From Candidatus Spongiisociaceae bacterium (GTDB taxonomy: Bacteria; Actinomycetota; Acidimicrobiia; Spongiisociales; Spongiisociaceae): a DNA stretch of 64,000 nucleotides. Under the pieces are notes generated by a model that saw only the letters and a list, made by a program, of their open reading frames with translations, did not search any database and was not told the origin of the DNA. Shown here piece after piece: positions 39,163-48,771 of this stretch (position 1 is the stretch's first letter; each line of letters starts with the position of its first letter). The translations under genes and the position numbers were made by a program. The stretch spans positions 1,920,001-1,984,000 of the forward strand of contig CBDCOH010000002.1 in assembly GCA_965219685.1 (NCBI GenBank), in the 5' to 3' direction.

Positions 39163-40851
39163 CTACGACTCGATCAGTCCCTCCTGGGGCTGTGTCCAGG
39201 GGAGGGTGTAGACGAACGCATACTGTGGAGCGGGCGGTATCCGCATGTCCTTGACGGGCACATCGATGACCACGGGGGCATCCTTGGACAGCGCGAGCGG
39301 GATCAACGTCTCAAGCTCCAGGGGGTCGTCCGCTCTCATGCCTATCGCCCCGAACGACTCGGCGAACCTGACGAAGTCCGGGTTGTGCAAGTCGGTCCCG
39401 TAAGTGCCGCCGAAGGTATCATCCAAGTCGCGGGCGACGTTCCCGTACGAGTCGTTCCTGAAGACGACCGTTACGACGTTGAGACCGTACTTGACGGCCG
39501 TGGAAAGCTCGGATGCGTTGAACATGAACCCGCCGTCCCCGGCAACACAGACCACCGGGCGTTCCGGCTTTGCGACCTTCACCCCCAGAGCCGTCGGGAA
39601 GGCGTACCCGAGGTTGAAGGAGTAGCCGGAGTCGACGTACGTCTTCGGCGTGTTCACCTGGTAGTGGGTTCGGGCGTAGAAGCCCAACTGCGTGACATCC
39701 CACACGACGAACGCTTCTGCGGGTATGCCGCTCTGGATCGCTTCGAGTACCGCGTACTGCGGCTCCTTGAGACGGATGTCGTAGTAGGCGATGAGCCTAC
39801 GGGCAGCGGCGACCGCCTCCGCCGGTGAAGGACGCTGCGCGGCCCCCGTTGCCGCGACCAGCGGAAGCAGCGCTTCAATCGTCGCCCTGGCATCCCCGTG
39901 CAGCGGGATGGTGTTGGACTGGATCCTGGTGAGTTCGCTGTCATCTATGTTGATGTTGACCAGCACAGACGACTCGCCGGCCGGATTTCCCAACGAGAAT
40001 CGTGTGCCTATTCCTATCACGACATCGGCGGATTGCATCACCCCGTACAGTTGGTTCATCTCCTGCCTCTCGCCCCGCGGACTGAAGCACGAGCCATAGG
40101 ACAACGGATGGCTGTCCGGAATGGTCCCCTTGCCTCCGCTCGATGTCACCACGGGTATGTTGGTGGCCTCCGCCAACCTGACCAGGGCTCCCTCCGCGTC
40201 CGAGCGTGCCACGCCGCCACCGGCGAAGATCAGCGGCGTCCGGGAGGCGGCGATGGCGTGGGCGGCGTCCCGCAGGTCTTCCGGACTGGGCACGATCCGC
40301 GAGATACGGGTGGGGCTTCGCAGTTGGACCTCTTCCCGCTCCACCCCGGCCTCGGGCGGGAGTTCGATCAGGACGGGACGGGGCCGGCCGGTGCGCATCT
40401 GCCTGAACGCCTCGAACACCGCGTCGGGCACTTCGCGGGGCCTGAGCACCCGCCGCTGCCACTTGGTGACCGACCGCACCGCGCCCGACTGGTCCATCAC
40501 CTCGTGAACCGCGCCGAGATTCTTGCCGATCGCGGCGCGCGGGATCTGGCCCGCGATCACGAGTACCGGTGAGGAACGAGCGTACGCATTGGTCACACCG
40601 GACGCGGCGTTGTAGAGACCCGCCCCCGGGACCACGAGGGCTACCCCCGGTCTCCCCGAGGCGCGAGCATAACCGTCGGCCATGAAGGTCGTGGCCTGCT
40701 CATGACGGGTCGTGATCATGCGGATGCCGGGCTCGTCGCGAAGAGCAGCGACGATCCCGTAGATCTGGATCCCGGGTATTCCGAACACCACGTCGACGCC
40801 CTCGTTTACGAGGGACCTCACGAGCGCTTCACCACCGCTCATTCTCACCAT
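39163..40851 (-). CDS. Thiamine pyrophosphate-binding enzyme (acetolactate synthase-like)
   Basis: VFGIPG, RHEQ...MADGYAR, GDGGFMF...N TPP motif. Confidence 0.92.
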   Translation of the reverse strand: MVRMSGGEALVRSLVNEGVDVVFGIPGIQIYGIVAALRDEPGIRMITTRHEQATTFMADGYARASGRPGVALVVPGAGLYNAASGVTNAYARSSPVLVIAGQIPRAAIGKNLGAVHEVMDQSGAVRSVTKWQRRVLRPREVPDAVFEAFRQMRTGRPRPVLIELPPEAGVEREEVQLRSPTRISRIVPSPEDLRDAAHAIAASRTPLIFAGGGVARSDAEGALVRLAEATNIPVVTSSGGKGTIPDSHPLSYGSCFSPRGERQEMNQLYGVMQSADVVIGIGTRFSLGNPAGESSVLVNINIDDSELTRIQSNTIPLHGDARATIEALLPLVAATGAAQRPSPAEAVAAARRLIAYYDIRLKEPQYAVLEAIQSGIPAEAFVVWDVTQLGFYARTHYQVNTPKTYVDSGYSFNLGYAFPTALGVKVAKPERPVVCVAGDGGFMFNASELSTAVKYGLNVVTVVFRNDSYGNVARDLDDTFGGTYGTDLHNPDFVRFAESFGAIGMRADDPLELETLIPLALSKDAPVVIDVPVKDMRIPPAPQYAFVYTLPWTQPQEGLIES

Positions 40852-41041
40852 TGACTCACAACCACCTTTCCTGCTGACCGAGCAAGCTCCCCCGACACGC
40901 CGATCAACCAGCCGGCTCGCTTTGACGATCCAGGCTTGATGTTTCAGGCAACGCGTCCACCGTACGATGCTACAGACGTACTATCGGAGGTCTAGTCTCG
41001 CCTCTCTCGATCACAGGGGTAATCGGCGAGTATCAGCAGGC

Positions 41042-42502
41042 TCACGAGAGTTTGTAGCACGCCCCTTCGAACACGTAGTCGGCCGCCACGGGATGCGTGT
41101 AGGACCACTCGACTGTCGTGATCCCGGTCGCATCGATGCCCTCCGCCAGCCCTTGCGGATCGGCGCGGCCGATCCATATCGTGCGCTGGACGATGTCGTT
41201 GGGCTCGCCGGTATATCTCTCGGTAGGGGCCACGCCGTCAAAATCGAGTTCCTCGATGCTCTTGGCGGCTGCCAGCACACCGGCCTGGGTCATGTCGCCG
41301 GCCTCGTAGGCGATCTCCAACGTGCGGAGCATCAGGAATCCCTCGATGAACCCCTCGACCAGGTATAGGGTCTTGGGGGCGTCCGGAGCGTACCGGTCCA
41401 TCACGTCGCGCACGTTCGCCATACCGGGGGTGTCATCCGAGTAGGGCGGGAAGTAGGAAGGGCTGTAGTAGTCACGGGCCAGCGCGTCCTTGAGAGGAGA
41501 GTTCGGGGCTACCAGCGCGGGATTCCAACTCCCGGGCGGGCCCGCCCACAAAGCCTGGAAGCCCCCGGAGAGGGCCGCTCCGTAGATCTCGGCCAGTTCG
41601 ATAGGGGATGTGGCGACCCACACCAGGTCAGCGCCGCTCTGGGCGATGGCCGCTCCGACCGGCGAGTTGTCCTGGCCCGGGAGGACCTTCCCGGATCCGT
41701 CGTAAACAACTTCCAGACCGAGTGTCTCCGCGGCCGTCTTAGCGCCCGCTGCCGAGTCGAGTCCGTAGTCTCCCGGATAGGTCGCCAGCGCCACGGTCGG
41801 ACTCGCGACTCCACTCGCCTTGGCGACGTCCGACAGGTAGCCGATCATGTTCATCGCCTCGATGCAGTAGGGCGTGCCGTGCGGAAGCAGGTTGGCGTTC
41901 ATCGCCGGGTCCGACCAGCCGGAGTACCACGTGAGCGGGATGGCCAGGATTCCGTCCTCCGCCAAGTCCTCGAGGATGGCAACCGTGTGCGGTGATCCCG
42001 TGGAGTGTCCGAACGCCACCACCTCGTCCTTGAGCTCCTCGTAGAACTGGACGTGGTTGTCGACCGCGTACACCGTGTCCCGGTAGACCAACTCGACCTG
42101 GAGACCGTGCACGCCGCCCCGGGCGTTGACGTCCTTCCAGAATGCGTCCACACCTGCCGTGACGAGGCTGATCACCGGTCCGAACAGGCCCGTGAGGTCG
42201 GCGAGCATACCCACCTTGATCACACCGGCTTCCAGGTCGACACCCACGTCGGTGGCGATCTCCGTCGCCGGCTCTTCCGGCGTCGTGGTGGGCGTCGCCG
42301 TCGTCGCCTCGGACCCTTCCGCGGTCGTAGGCGCATCCGTCACGGCAGGCTGGTCTTCCATGGTCGTGGCGGGCGCCTCGGTGGCAACCGGGGCCGTCGT
42401 CGTTAGGTCGACTCCGGCCTCCTCTTCTTCTCCGCCCCCACATGCCGCGCTCACCAACGCCACGGCAAACAGGCATGCCAACCACCTCAGCGCGCCTCTC
42501 AT
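41042..42502 (-). CDS. Liv-type ABC substrate-binding lipoprotein (paralogue of 46001-47419)
   Basis: Lipobox SAAC, IKVGMLADLTG, N..GGVHG, HSTGSPHT, GDYGLD; ends FEGACYKLS. Confidence 0.9.
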   Translation of the reverse strand: MRGALRWLACLFAVALVSAACGGGEEEEAGVDLTTTAPVATEAPATTMEDQPAVTDAPTTAEGSEATTATPTTTPEEPATEIATDVGVDLEAGVIKVGMLADLTGLFGPVISLVTAGVDAFWKDVNARGGVHGLQVELVYRDTVYAVDNHVQFYEELKDEVVAFGHSTGSPHTVAILEDLAEDGILAIPLTWYSGWSDPAMNANLLPHGTPYCIEAMNMIGYLSDVAKASGVASPTVALATYPGDYGLDSAAGAKTAAETLGLEVVYDGSGKVLPGQDNSPVGAAIAQSGADLVWVATSPIELAEIYGAALSGGFQALWAGPPGSWNPALVAPNSPLKDALARDYYSPSYFPPYSDDTPGMANVRDVMDRYAPDAPKTLYLVEGFIEGFLMLRTLEIAYEAGDMTQAGVLAAAKSIEELDFDGVAPTERYTGEPNDIVQRTIWIGRADPQGLAEGIDATGITTVEWSYTHPVAADYVFEGACYKLS

Positions 42503-42833
42503 GCTGTTCTCCCTCACTTCGCCGGTCTGGTCACGGTGTTGATCTATTGAGAATCTTGGATTCACAAGTTGAGAGTACTTATCACTCCGGGTACGTGCCT
42601 GCCGGAGTGGACACATTTATGTTTGGCTCGTCTCCCCGACCGCGCCGTCATCCAACCCCACAACCCAGAGTCTTGGTTCCGCCTCGCTAGGCACCTGCCT
42701 CAGCTCACCGGGAACCGGTCCTCAACTCCGGGGGCGATTCTCCGCCGGCGTACGGCTTCACGGCGGCAATGAGTCCAGATGCGACCCCTGCGGAAATCAT
42801 CCGATCCAGGACGTGATTAACGATATTTAGGGG

Positions 42834-42862
42834 TTGACATTGTCACAGACCCTTGGTACAAA
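42834..42862 (+). promoter_or_regulatory. Promoter of the DUF222 gene: sigma70 -35/-10 overlapping a RecA-NDp/PafBC-like motif
   Basis: TTGACA-17 nt-TACAAA, 6 nt before the ATG (leaderless geometry); nested tTGTCAcag-8 nt-TACAAA. Confidence 0.7.
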
Positions 42863-42868
42863 CAGACC

Positions 42869-44155
42869 ATGGGAAACGAACATCTGTTCGCCACAAAGGA
42901 CGGTCCGGGCACGATGCACACGCCGGATGGACCGGCCGGCGGCGTCGCCGGTTGCGACGCCACCAAACGGATGGCCGCGCTGGTCGACCACCTCGACCGT
43001 TTCGTAGCCGAGGAAGTGTCCCGACACCACCCCGAAGAGGCCCTGGCACTGTTGGGACGGTTTCAGACCCGTCTGTCCTCGCACATGTGCGAACTCGCCC
43101 GCCAGGCAACCACGGCCAATCCGGGCGAGGATACGGCCGGGGTCCTGAAGCGGAAATCGCGGCTCTCGGGACGGGACGCCAAGCGGATGGCCAAGGTAGC
43201 GGACCGGCTCCCGGACCTGCCGAAGGTCGCCGAAGCTCTGGCGGAGGGAGAGATAACAGTCGACCATGCCAAGGCGATGGTCGACGCAGCGGACAAGGTG
43301 GGATCCGATGTGGTCGATTCCGACCCGACGTTGTTGGAGAAAGCCATCCGGTCCGGACCAGACGGTTTCGCTCGCAAGGCCCGGGACTGGTCCAACCAGA
43401 AACTGATCGAAGCCGGGATCGACATCTTGGAGCGCCAGCGCCGGGCCAGAGGAGCGAGGCTGTGGGTGGACCGGAAGAGCGGGATGGGAATGCTGTTCGC
43501 GAAGCTCACCCCAGCCCAGTTCGCCCATCTGCAACAAGCCGCTGACACGCACTACCGGGAGCTGCTGCGCAGGGACGGCACCGACGGCCACGACCCGGAC
43601 GAGGTGCGCACCCCTGCACAGCGGATGGCCGACGTGGTCTTCGAGTTGTTCACCAACCTCGACCCGGACACCGGCGAGATCCTCGACAAAGGAACGGGAC
43701 CGAGGGCGAAGGCTTCCACCCAAGTGATCATCGTCGCCGAACAGGGCGTGGTGGATGGGACCAAACCCCGGGGGCGCTGCGAGATCGTCGGGGTCGGTCC
43801 CGTCCCCCGAGAGATTCTCGGAAACCTGTCACCAGACACGGAACTGGCCGGGATGATCTACGACCGGGCCGGGCGGATCCTCTGGCTCGGACGCCGGCAA
43901 CGCCTCGCCAACGCCGCCCAACGGTTGGCGGTGGCCGTGCGGGACGGGGGTTGCTTCCAGTGCGGAGCCCCGATGCACCGCTGCGAACTCCACCACATCC
44001 GAGAGTGGCACCGCGGCGGAGGACCCACCGACATAGACAACCTGGTGGCCGTCTGCCGTCACCACCACAAGTGGCTTGAGGTCGAGGACCTCGTAGTGCA
44101 GCGTGATCCGGCCGGCCGCTACCAAGCCGTACCTCGCGACGGACCGCCAACCTGA
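42869..44155 (+). CDS. DUF222 / 13E12-repeat-like HNH endonuclease (putative selfish element)
   Basis: ALAEGEITVDH, RTPAQRMAD, LGRRQRLA..AQR.A..VRDGGC..C, CELHHIREW..GGPTDIDNL..VCRHHH; opposite strand to the flanking Liv genes. Confidence 0.9.
   Translation: MGNEHLFATKDGPGTMHTPDGPAGGVAGCDATKRMAALVDHLDRFVAEEVSRHHPEEALALLGRFQTRLSSHMCELARQATTANPGEDTAGVLKRKSRLSGRDAKRMAKVADRLPDLPKVAEALAEGEITVDHAKAMVDAADKVGSDVVDSDPTLLEKAIRSGPDGFARKARDWSNQKLIEAGIDILERQRRARGARLWVDRKSGMGMLFAKLTPAQFAHLQQAADTHYRELLRRDGTDGHDPDEVRTPAQRMADVVFELFTNLDPDTGEILDKGTGPRAKASTQVIIVAEQGVVDGTKPRGRCEIVGVGPVPREILGNLSPDTELAGMIYDRAGRILWLGRRQRLANAAQRLAVAVRDGGCFQCGAPMHRCELHHIREWHRGGGPTDIDNLVAVCRHHHKWLEVEDLVVQRDPAGRYQAVPRDGPPT
42877..42890. 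promoter_or_regulatory. LexA (SOS) box, Gram-positive/actinobacterial type
   Basis: CGAAC-ATCT-GTTCG perfect match just downstream of the -10. Confidence 0.8.
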
Positions 44156-44334
44156 CACGCCCGCATCCAGAAGAACCCGGACCTTCACCAAACCGGATCC
44201 GACGCGTGACCAGGTTGTTCAGCGTGTTGGCGACCGGCTTACCGCCTGATCACCACACGATCGATCTGGACCAGCAAACGCGAATCTCAGGGCAAATCCC
44301 TCTAGGCGGTCCGACCCACGAGGCCACGATCCCA

Positions 44335-45135
44335 TCACGAGGTTGTGTCCGGAGCGGACTTTCCTAGGTAAGCCCGCACCACCTCCGGGTCCTTCTGGAC
44401 GTCCGCGGGGAGGCCTTCGGCGATCTTGCGCCCGAAATCGAGCACCATCACCCGGTCGGCAATGTCCATCACCAAGCCCATATCGTGCTCGACGAGGATC
44501 ATGGCGACGCCCAGTTCGTCCTGAATGTCGAGGATGAACCGGGCCATGTCCTCGGTCTCCTCGAGATTCATCCCGGCCACCGGTTCGTCCAGGAGAAGCA
44601 ACTCGGGTTCCATTGCCAGCGCCCGGCCCAGCTCCACGCGTTTCTGGATGCCGTACGGGAGAAGCTTCACCGGGTGCTTGCGCCATCGCTCGATCTCCAG
44701 GAAGTCGATGATCTCCTCGGCCTTGAGGCGGTTCTCGAGTTCCTCCCGCTTAGCCCGCCCCCACCAGAGCGCTCCGGCCAACCAGCCGTGGCTCATCCGG
44801 ACGTGGCGACCGGTGAGGATGTTGTCCAGGACCGTCATGTGCGCAAACAGTTCTATGTTCTGGAATGTGCGGGCGATGCCCCGCTCTGCGGTCTGGCCGG
44901 GTTTCAGGCCAACCATTGGGGAACCCTTCCACTTGATCGTTCCCCCCTGTGGCCGGTAGACCTGGTTGATGCAGTTGAAGACAGAGGTCTTACCGGCGCC
45001 GTTGGGCCCGATGATGGAGAACAGCTCCCCCGGGGCGACATCGAAAGACACCCCGTCCAGCGCCACCAGCCCCTTGAACGACAGGCTTATGCCTTGGACT
45101 TCCAGCAACGGGTCGCCGGCGCCGGGATTGCTCAC
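44335..45135 (-). CDS. Liv-type ABC ATP-binding protein (LivG-like)
   Basis: GPNGAGKT, GIARTFQN, LPYGIQKRVE, DEPVAG, VRAYLG. Confidence 0.95.
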   Translation of the reverse strand: MSNPGAGDPLLEVQGISLSFKGLVALDGVSFDVAPGELFSIIGPNGAGKTSVFNCINQVYRPQGGTIKWKGSPMVGLKPGQTAERGIARTFQNIELFAHMTVLDNILTGRHVRMSHGWLAGALWWGRAKREELENRLKAEEIIDFLEIERWRKHPVKLLPYGIQKRVELGRALAMEPELLLLDEPVAGMNLEETEDMARFILDIQDELGVAMILVEHDMGLVMDIADRVMVLDFGRKIAEGLPADVQKDPEVVRAYLGKSAPDTTS

Positions 45136-45920
45136 GACAACCACCGTTTGCGCCGCTTGTAGTGCTTGACGTCCCGGAAGGACTTGCGCTCCCCGGACCT
45201 CAGCCCTAGGTAGAACTCCTGGATGTCGGCGTCCCGGAGGAGGGTCCCGGCATCGTCGTCCATGACGATGGATCCGGTCTCCATGACGTATCCGTGGTCG
45301 GCTGCGGAGAGCGCCATGCGGGCGTTCTGCTCGATGAGCAGGACCGCTGTGCCCTGACGGTTGATCTCGACGATGATCCCGGCCATCTGCGCGACCAGGC
45401 GGGGCGCGAGGCCGAGTGAGGGCTCGTCGAGGATCATCAGCTTGGGCGCCTGCATCAGGGCTCGGCCGATCGCCAGCATCTGCTGCTCGCCCCCCGACAG
45501 GTAGCCCGCCACCTGCCGGCGCCGCCCAGCAAGGACCGGGAACAGGTCCATGACCCGCTCGAAGGAACTCCGGACAGCTTCCCGGTCGCCAACCGTGTAG
45601 GCCCCGGCGGCAAGGTTCTCCGCCACCGTCATCTCGACGAATATCCGGCGCCCCTCCATCACCTGGCTGATCCCCATCCTCACCCGCGCCGACGGCAGGG
45701 TCCGGGTGATGTCTCGACCCTCGAAGGCGATGGAGCCCTTGGTGATCCCACCGCCGTGGACATCCAGCAAACCGGTGATCGCCCTGGCGGTGGTGGTCTT
45801 GCCAGCTCCGTTCGCCCCGAGCAGGGCGACGATCCGAGCTTCGGGCACTTCCAGGGAGATGCCCCTCAGCACCCTGACCACGTCGTTGTACACGACCTCC
45901 AGGTTCGACACCTCAAGCAC
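45132..45920 (-). CDS. Liv-type ABC ATP-binding protein (LivF-like)
   Basis: GANGAGKT, LSGGEQQM, DEPSLGLAP, KHYKRRKRW tail. Confidence 0.95.
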   Translation of the reverse strand: MLEVSNLEVVYNDVVRVLRGISLEVPEARIVALLGANGAGKTTTARAITGLLDVHGGGITKGSIAFEGRDITRTLPSARVRMGISQVMEGRRIFVEMTVAENLAAGAYTVGDREAVRSSFERVMDLFPVLAGRRRQVAGYLSGGEQQMLAIGRALMQAPKLMILDEPSLGLAPRLVAQMAGIIVEINRQGTAVLLIEQNARMALSAADHGYVMETGSIVMDDDAGTLLRDADIQEFYLGLRSGERKSFRDVKHYKRRKRWLS

Positions 45921-46000
45921 TGGTCACCCGTTCGAGCCGCAGCCCCTCGGAGAGCCGACCCGATGTAACGGCGGTGGACTGCATCATGTACTCGCCGTTC

Positions 46001-47419
46001 TCATGACAGCTTGTAACAGGCTTCTTCGAACACGTACGCGGCGGCGACGGGATGCGTGTAGGCAGGATCCGTGAGCCGGGTTCCGGTGCCGGTCGTGGCC
46101 GCAGCCAGACCCTCCGGATCCGGACGGCTGATCCACACCTTCCGCTGCAGGCGCTCGTTGGCGGAGCCCACATAGCTCTCGCTGGGGGCGATCCCGCCGA
46201 AGTCCAGTTCCTCGATGCTCTTGGCGGCGGCCAGAACGCCAGCCTGCGTCATGTCGCCGTTCTCGTACGCCAGCTTGAGCGCCTCGAATAGGATCATGGC
46301 CTCGATGACACCTTCGATGAGGTAGTCGTTCCGGGGAGCGTCCGGCACGTACCGATCGATGAGAGCCCTGACCTTCGCCATGCCGGGTGCGTCGTCGGTC
46401 AGCGGAGGGAAGTACGAACTCACGTAGTAGTCCCGGTTGATGGAGTCCTTGATCGGCGAATCGGGGGCTACGAAGGCAGGACTCCAAGTGGGCGCCGCAC
46501 CGGACCACAGCGCCTCGAAACCCTGGGCGACGGCCGCCCCGTAGACCTCGGTGAAGGTTGCGGCGTTGGCCGTCGCCCAGACGATGTCGGCGCCGCTCCG
46601 GGCGATGGCGTTGCCGATCGGCGCATTGTCCTGGCCGGGAATCACCTTGCCCGAGGCGTCATGTACGACCTCCATGCCGAGCGCCTCGGCTGCCAGCCGG
46701 GCTCCGGCCGCAGAGTCGAGCCCGTAGTCCCCGGGGAAGCTGGCGATGGCCAGCGTCGGGTCGGACACACCGTTCGACATTGCGACATCCGACAGGTAAC
46801 CGATCAGGTTCATGGCTTCGATGCAATAGGGCGTTCCATGCGACAGCAGGTTCGCGTTCAGAGCCGGGTCCGACCAACCCGAATACCAGGTGAACGGTAT
46901 CGCCAGCATCCCATCAGCCTCCAGGTCCTCCCGGATGGCCACAGTGTGGGGGGATCCGGTGGAGTGACCGATAGCCACCACCTGGTCCTTCAGTTCCTCG
47001 TAGAGCTGGACGTGCTTGTCCACCGAGTACGCCGTGTCCCTGTAGACCAGTTCGACGTGCAACCCGTGAACCCCGCCTCCGGCATTGACATCCGCCCAGA
47101 AGGCCTGGGCGCCGGCCACGATGAGGCTGACCAGCGGTTCGAACGCCCCCGTGAGGCCGGCGAGCATCCCCACCTTGATGACCCCGGCCTCGAAGTCCAC
47201 CCCGACGTCGGTGGCGATCGGCGTCCCGGCGGGTCCCGAGTCCTGCGGTCCGGACTCCTCCTCGACCGCCGGTTCGTCCCCGGCCGCCGTCACCGCAACC
47301 GAGGTGGCAGGCGCGGCGGTGGATGCCGGAACCTCGGTCTCCTCCCCGCTCCCCCCGCAAGTTGCTGCCGCAACCGCCGTCGCCACCACCAGGGCCAACC
47401 GCGTGTATCCGATCCTCAT
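46001..47419 (-). CDS. Liv-type ABC substrate-binding lipoprotein
   Basis: Lipobox AATC, IKVGML.GLTG, HSTGSPHT, TPYCIEAMN; ends FEEACYKLS. Confidence 0.9.
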   Translation of the reverse strand: MRIGYTRLALVVATAVAAATCGGSGEETEVPASTAAPATSVAVTAAGDEPAVEEESGPQDSGPAGTPIATDVGVDFEAGVIKVGMLAGLTGAFEPLVSLIVAGAQAFWADVNAGGGVHGLHVELVYRDTAYSVDKHVQLYEELKDQVVAIGHSTGSPHTVAIREDLEADGMLAIPFTWYSGWSDPALNANLLSHGTPYCIEAMNLIGYLSDVAMSNGVSDPTLAIASFPGDYGLDSAAGARLAAEALGMEVVHDASGKVIPGQDNAPIGNAIARSGADIVWATANAATFTEVYGAAVAQGFEALWSGAAPTWSPAFVAPDSPIKDSINRDYYVSSYFPPLTDDAPGMAKVRALIDRYVPDAPRNDYLIEGVIEAMILFEALKLAYENGDMTQAGVLAAAKSIEELDFGGIAPSESYVGSANERLQRKVWISRPDPEGLAAATTGTGTRLTDPAYTHPVAAAYVFEEACYKLS

Positions 47420-47529
47420 TATGTATCCAATCCTCCTGCCCGTCGCTTCCTAGTCCTCGCCTGCCCTGTCCTGTTCCCATTTCGCTACATGCCTGCCGGA
47501 CGCCGCGAACTGCCGGATGCCTGTAGACC

Positions 47530-48771
47530 TCAGTATGTGAATGGCCATCCCTTCCAGTAGTTCCTGATCCGGACCCAGATCCCGTACAGACCCAGCGGCT
47601 CGAGGATCATGAAGAGGATGATCAGCAACCCGAACAGGATCTGATTGAGCTGGAACACCGACAGTCCGGGACCCACCCCGGGAAGCGTGTGCACTATCCC
47701 CGAGTCGTCGGCGGAGACGGCGACCACCACATCGGCGACCGCCGCCAACGCACCCTCTCCGCCAACGATGAGTTGTTTCAACGCGTCGGTGAAGTCCTGG
47801 ACGAGGCGGGGGAGGATGACCACGAAGGCCGAGCCCATCAGGGCCCCCGATACGGTCCCTGCTCCGCCGATGAGGATGATCGCGAGGAACTCCACCGAAA
47901 GGAACAGATCCCAGGTCTCGGGAATCTGGCGACCAACGAACGAGGCGAACAGGGCGCCCGAAACCCCGGCGAACCCCGAGGAGACACCGAATGCCATCAG
48001 TTTATAGCGAAACTCGTTGATTCCCATCACCTCGGCTGCGATGTCCCGGTCGCGGATTGCCTGGAAGGCGCGCCCGGCCCGCGTTCGCTGGAGGTTCTTG
48101 GCAAGCAGGGTCGCGACCACGAGGAACGCCACCATCATGAGATAGACCTTGGCCTCCTCGCTCACGACCAAGCCGAACCAGACGGAGTCGGCCGTGAGGT
48201 CCACCACCGGCTCCTCCTCCTTCCACCATCGCCACTGGAACTCCGGGAAGCTACGTCCCGAGAAGGAACCCCCGGAGATGAAGGTCAGGTTGCGCCAGGC
48301 CCACTCCCCGATGAAGACGAGCGCGAGGGTGGCGAACGCCAGGTACAGGCCCCTCACCCGGACCGCGGCAGGACCCACCAGAAGCCCGATCAGGGCCGGG
48401 ACGACCCCCGCCATGGGCAGCCAGATCCACATCGGGAGACCCAAGCCCCACAGATCACCCGGAGGGGCGCCGAACACCGCGGCGACGTAGGCGCCCACGC
48501 CCATGAAGAAGGCATGGCCGAGCGACACCTGGCCGGCCACACCCGTAAGAAGGTTGATCCCCAGGGCCCCTATCCCGAAGATGGCCACGTGCGACAGGAG
48601 CTTCATCCAGTCGTTGTCCCCCACGAAGTCCGGGTATATCGGGATGTGCGCGGCGAGCGGCGCGAGCGCGGCCAGAGCCAGCAAGACCCCCAGGACGGTC
48701 TTCTTGGTGACGGTCGGCATCAAGGCCTGATCGCGGGCGTAGGAGGTGTGGAGGAGCGGGCGGCCTCTCAT
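47530..48771 (-). CDS. Liv-type ABC permease (LivM-like)
   Basis: GQVSLGHAFF, GLYLAFATL, GRAFQAIRD, IILIGG, EPLGL. Confidence 0.93.
   Translation of the reverse strand: MRGRPLLHTSYARDQALMPTVTKKTVLGVLLALAALAPLAAHIPIYPDFVGDNDWMKLLSHVAIFGIGALGINLLTGVAGQVSLGHAFFMGVGAYVAAVFGAPPGDLWGLGLPMWIWLPMAGVVPALIGLLVGPAAVRVRGLYLAFATLALVFIGEWAWRNLTFISGGSFSGRSFPEFQWRWWKEEEPVVDLTADSVWFGLVVSEEAKVYLMMVAFLVVATLLAKNLQRTRAGRAFQAIRDRDIAAEVMGINEFRYKLMAFGVSSGFAGVSGALFASFVGRQIPETWDLFLSVEFLAIILIGGAGTVSGALMGSAFVVILPRLVQDFTDALKQLIVGGEGALAAVADVVVAVSADDSGIVHTLPGVGPGLSVFQLNQILFGLLIILFMILEPLGLYGIWVRIRNYWKGWPFTY

Noticed and set aside
42773-44261. GTCCAGAT/ATCTGGAC inverted repeat as terminal IRs of the HNH element
   Set aside because: Only 8 bp, no transposase and no adjacent duplication; could be chance
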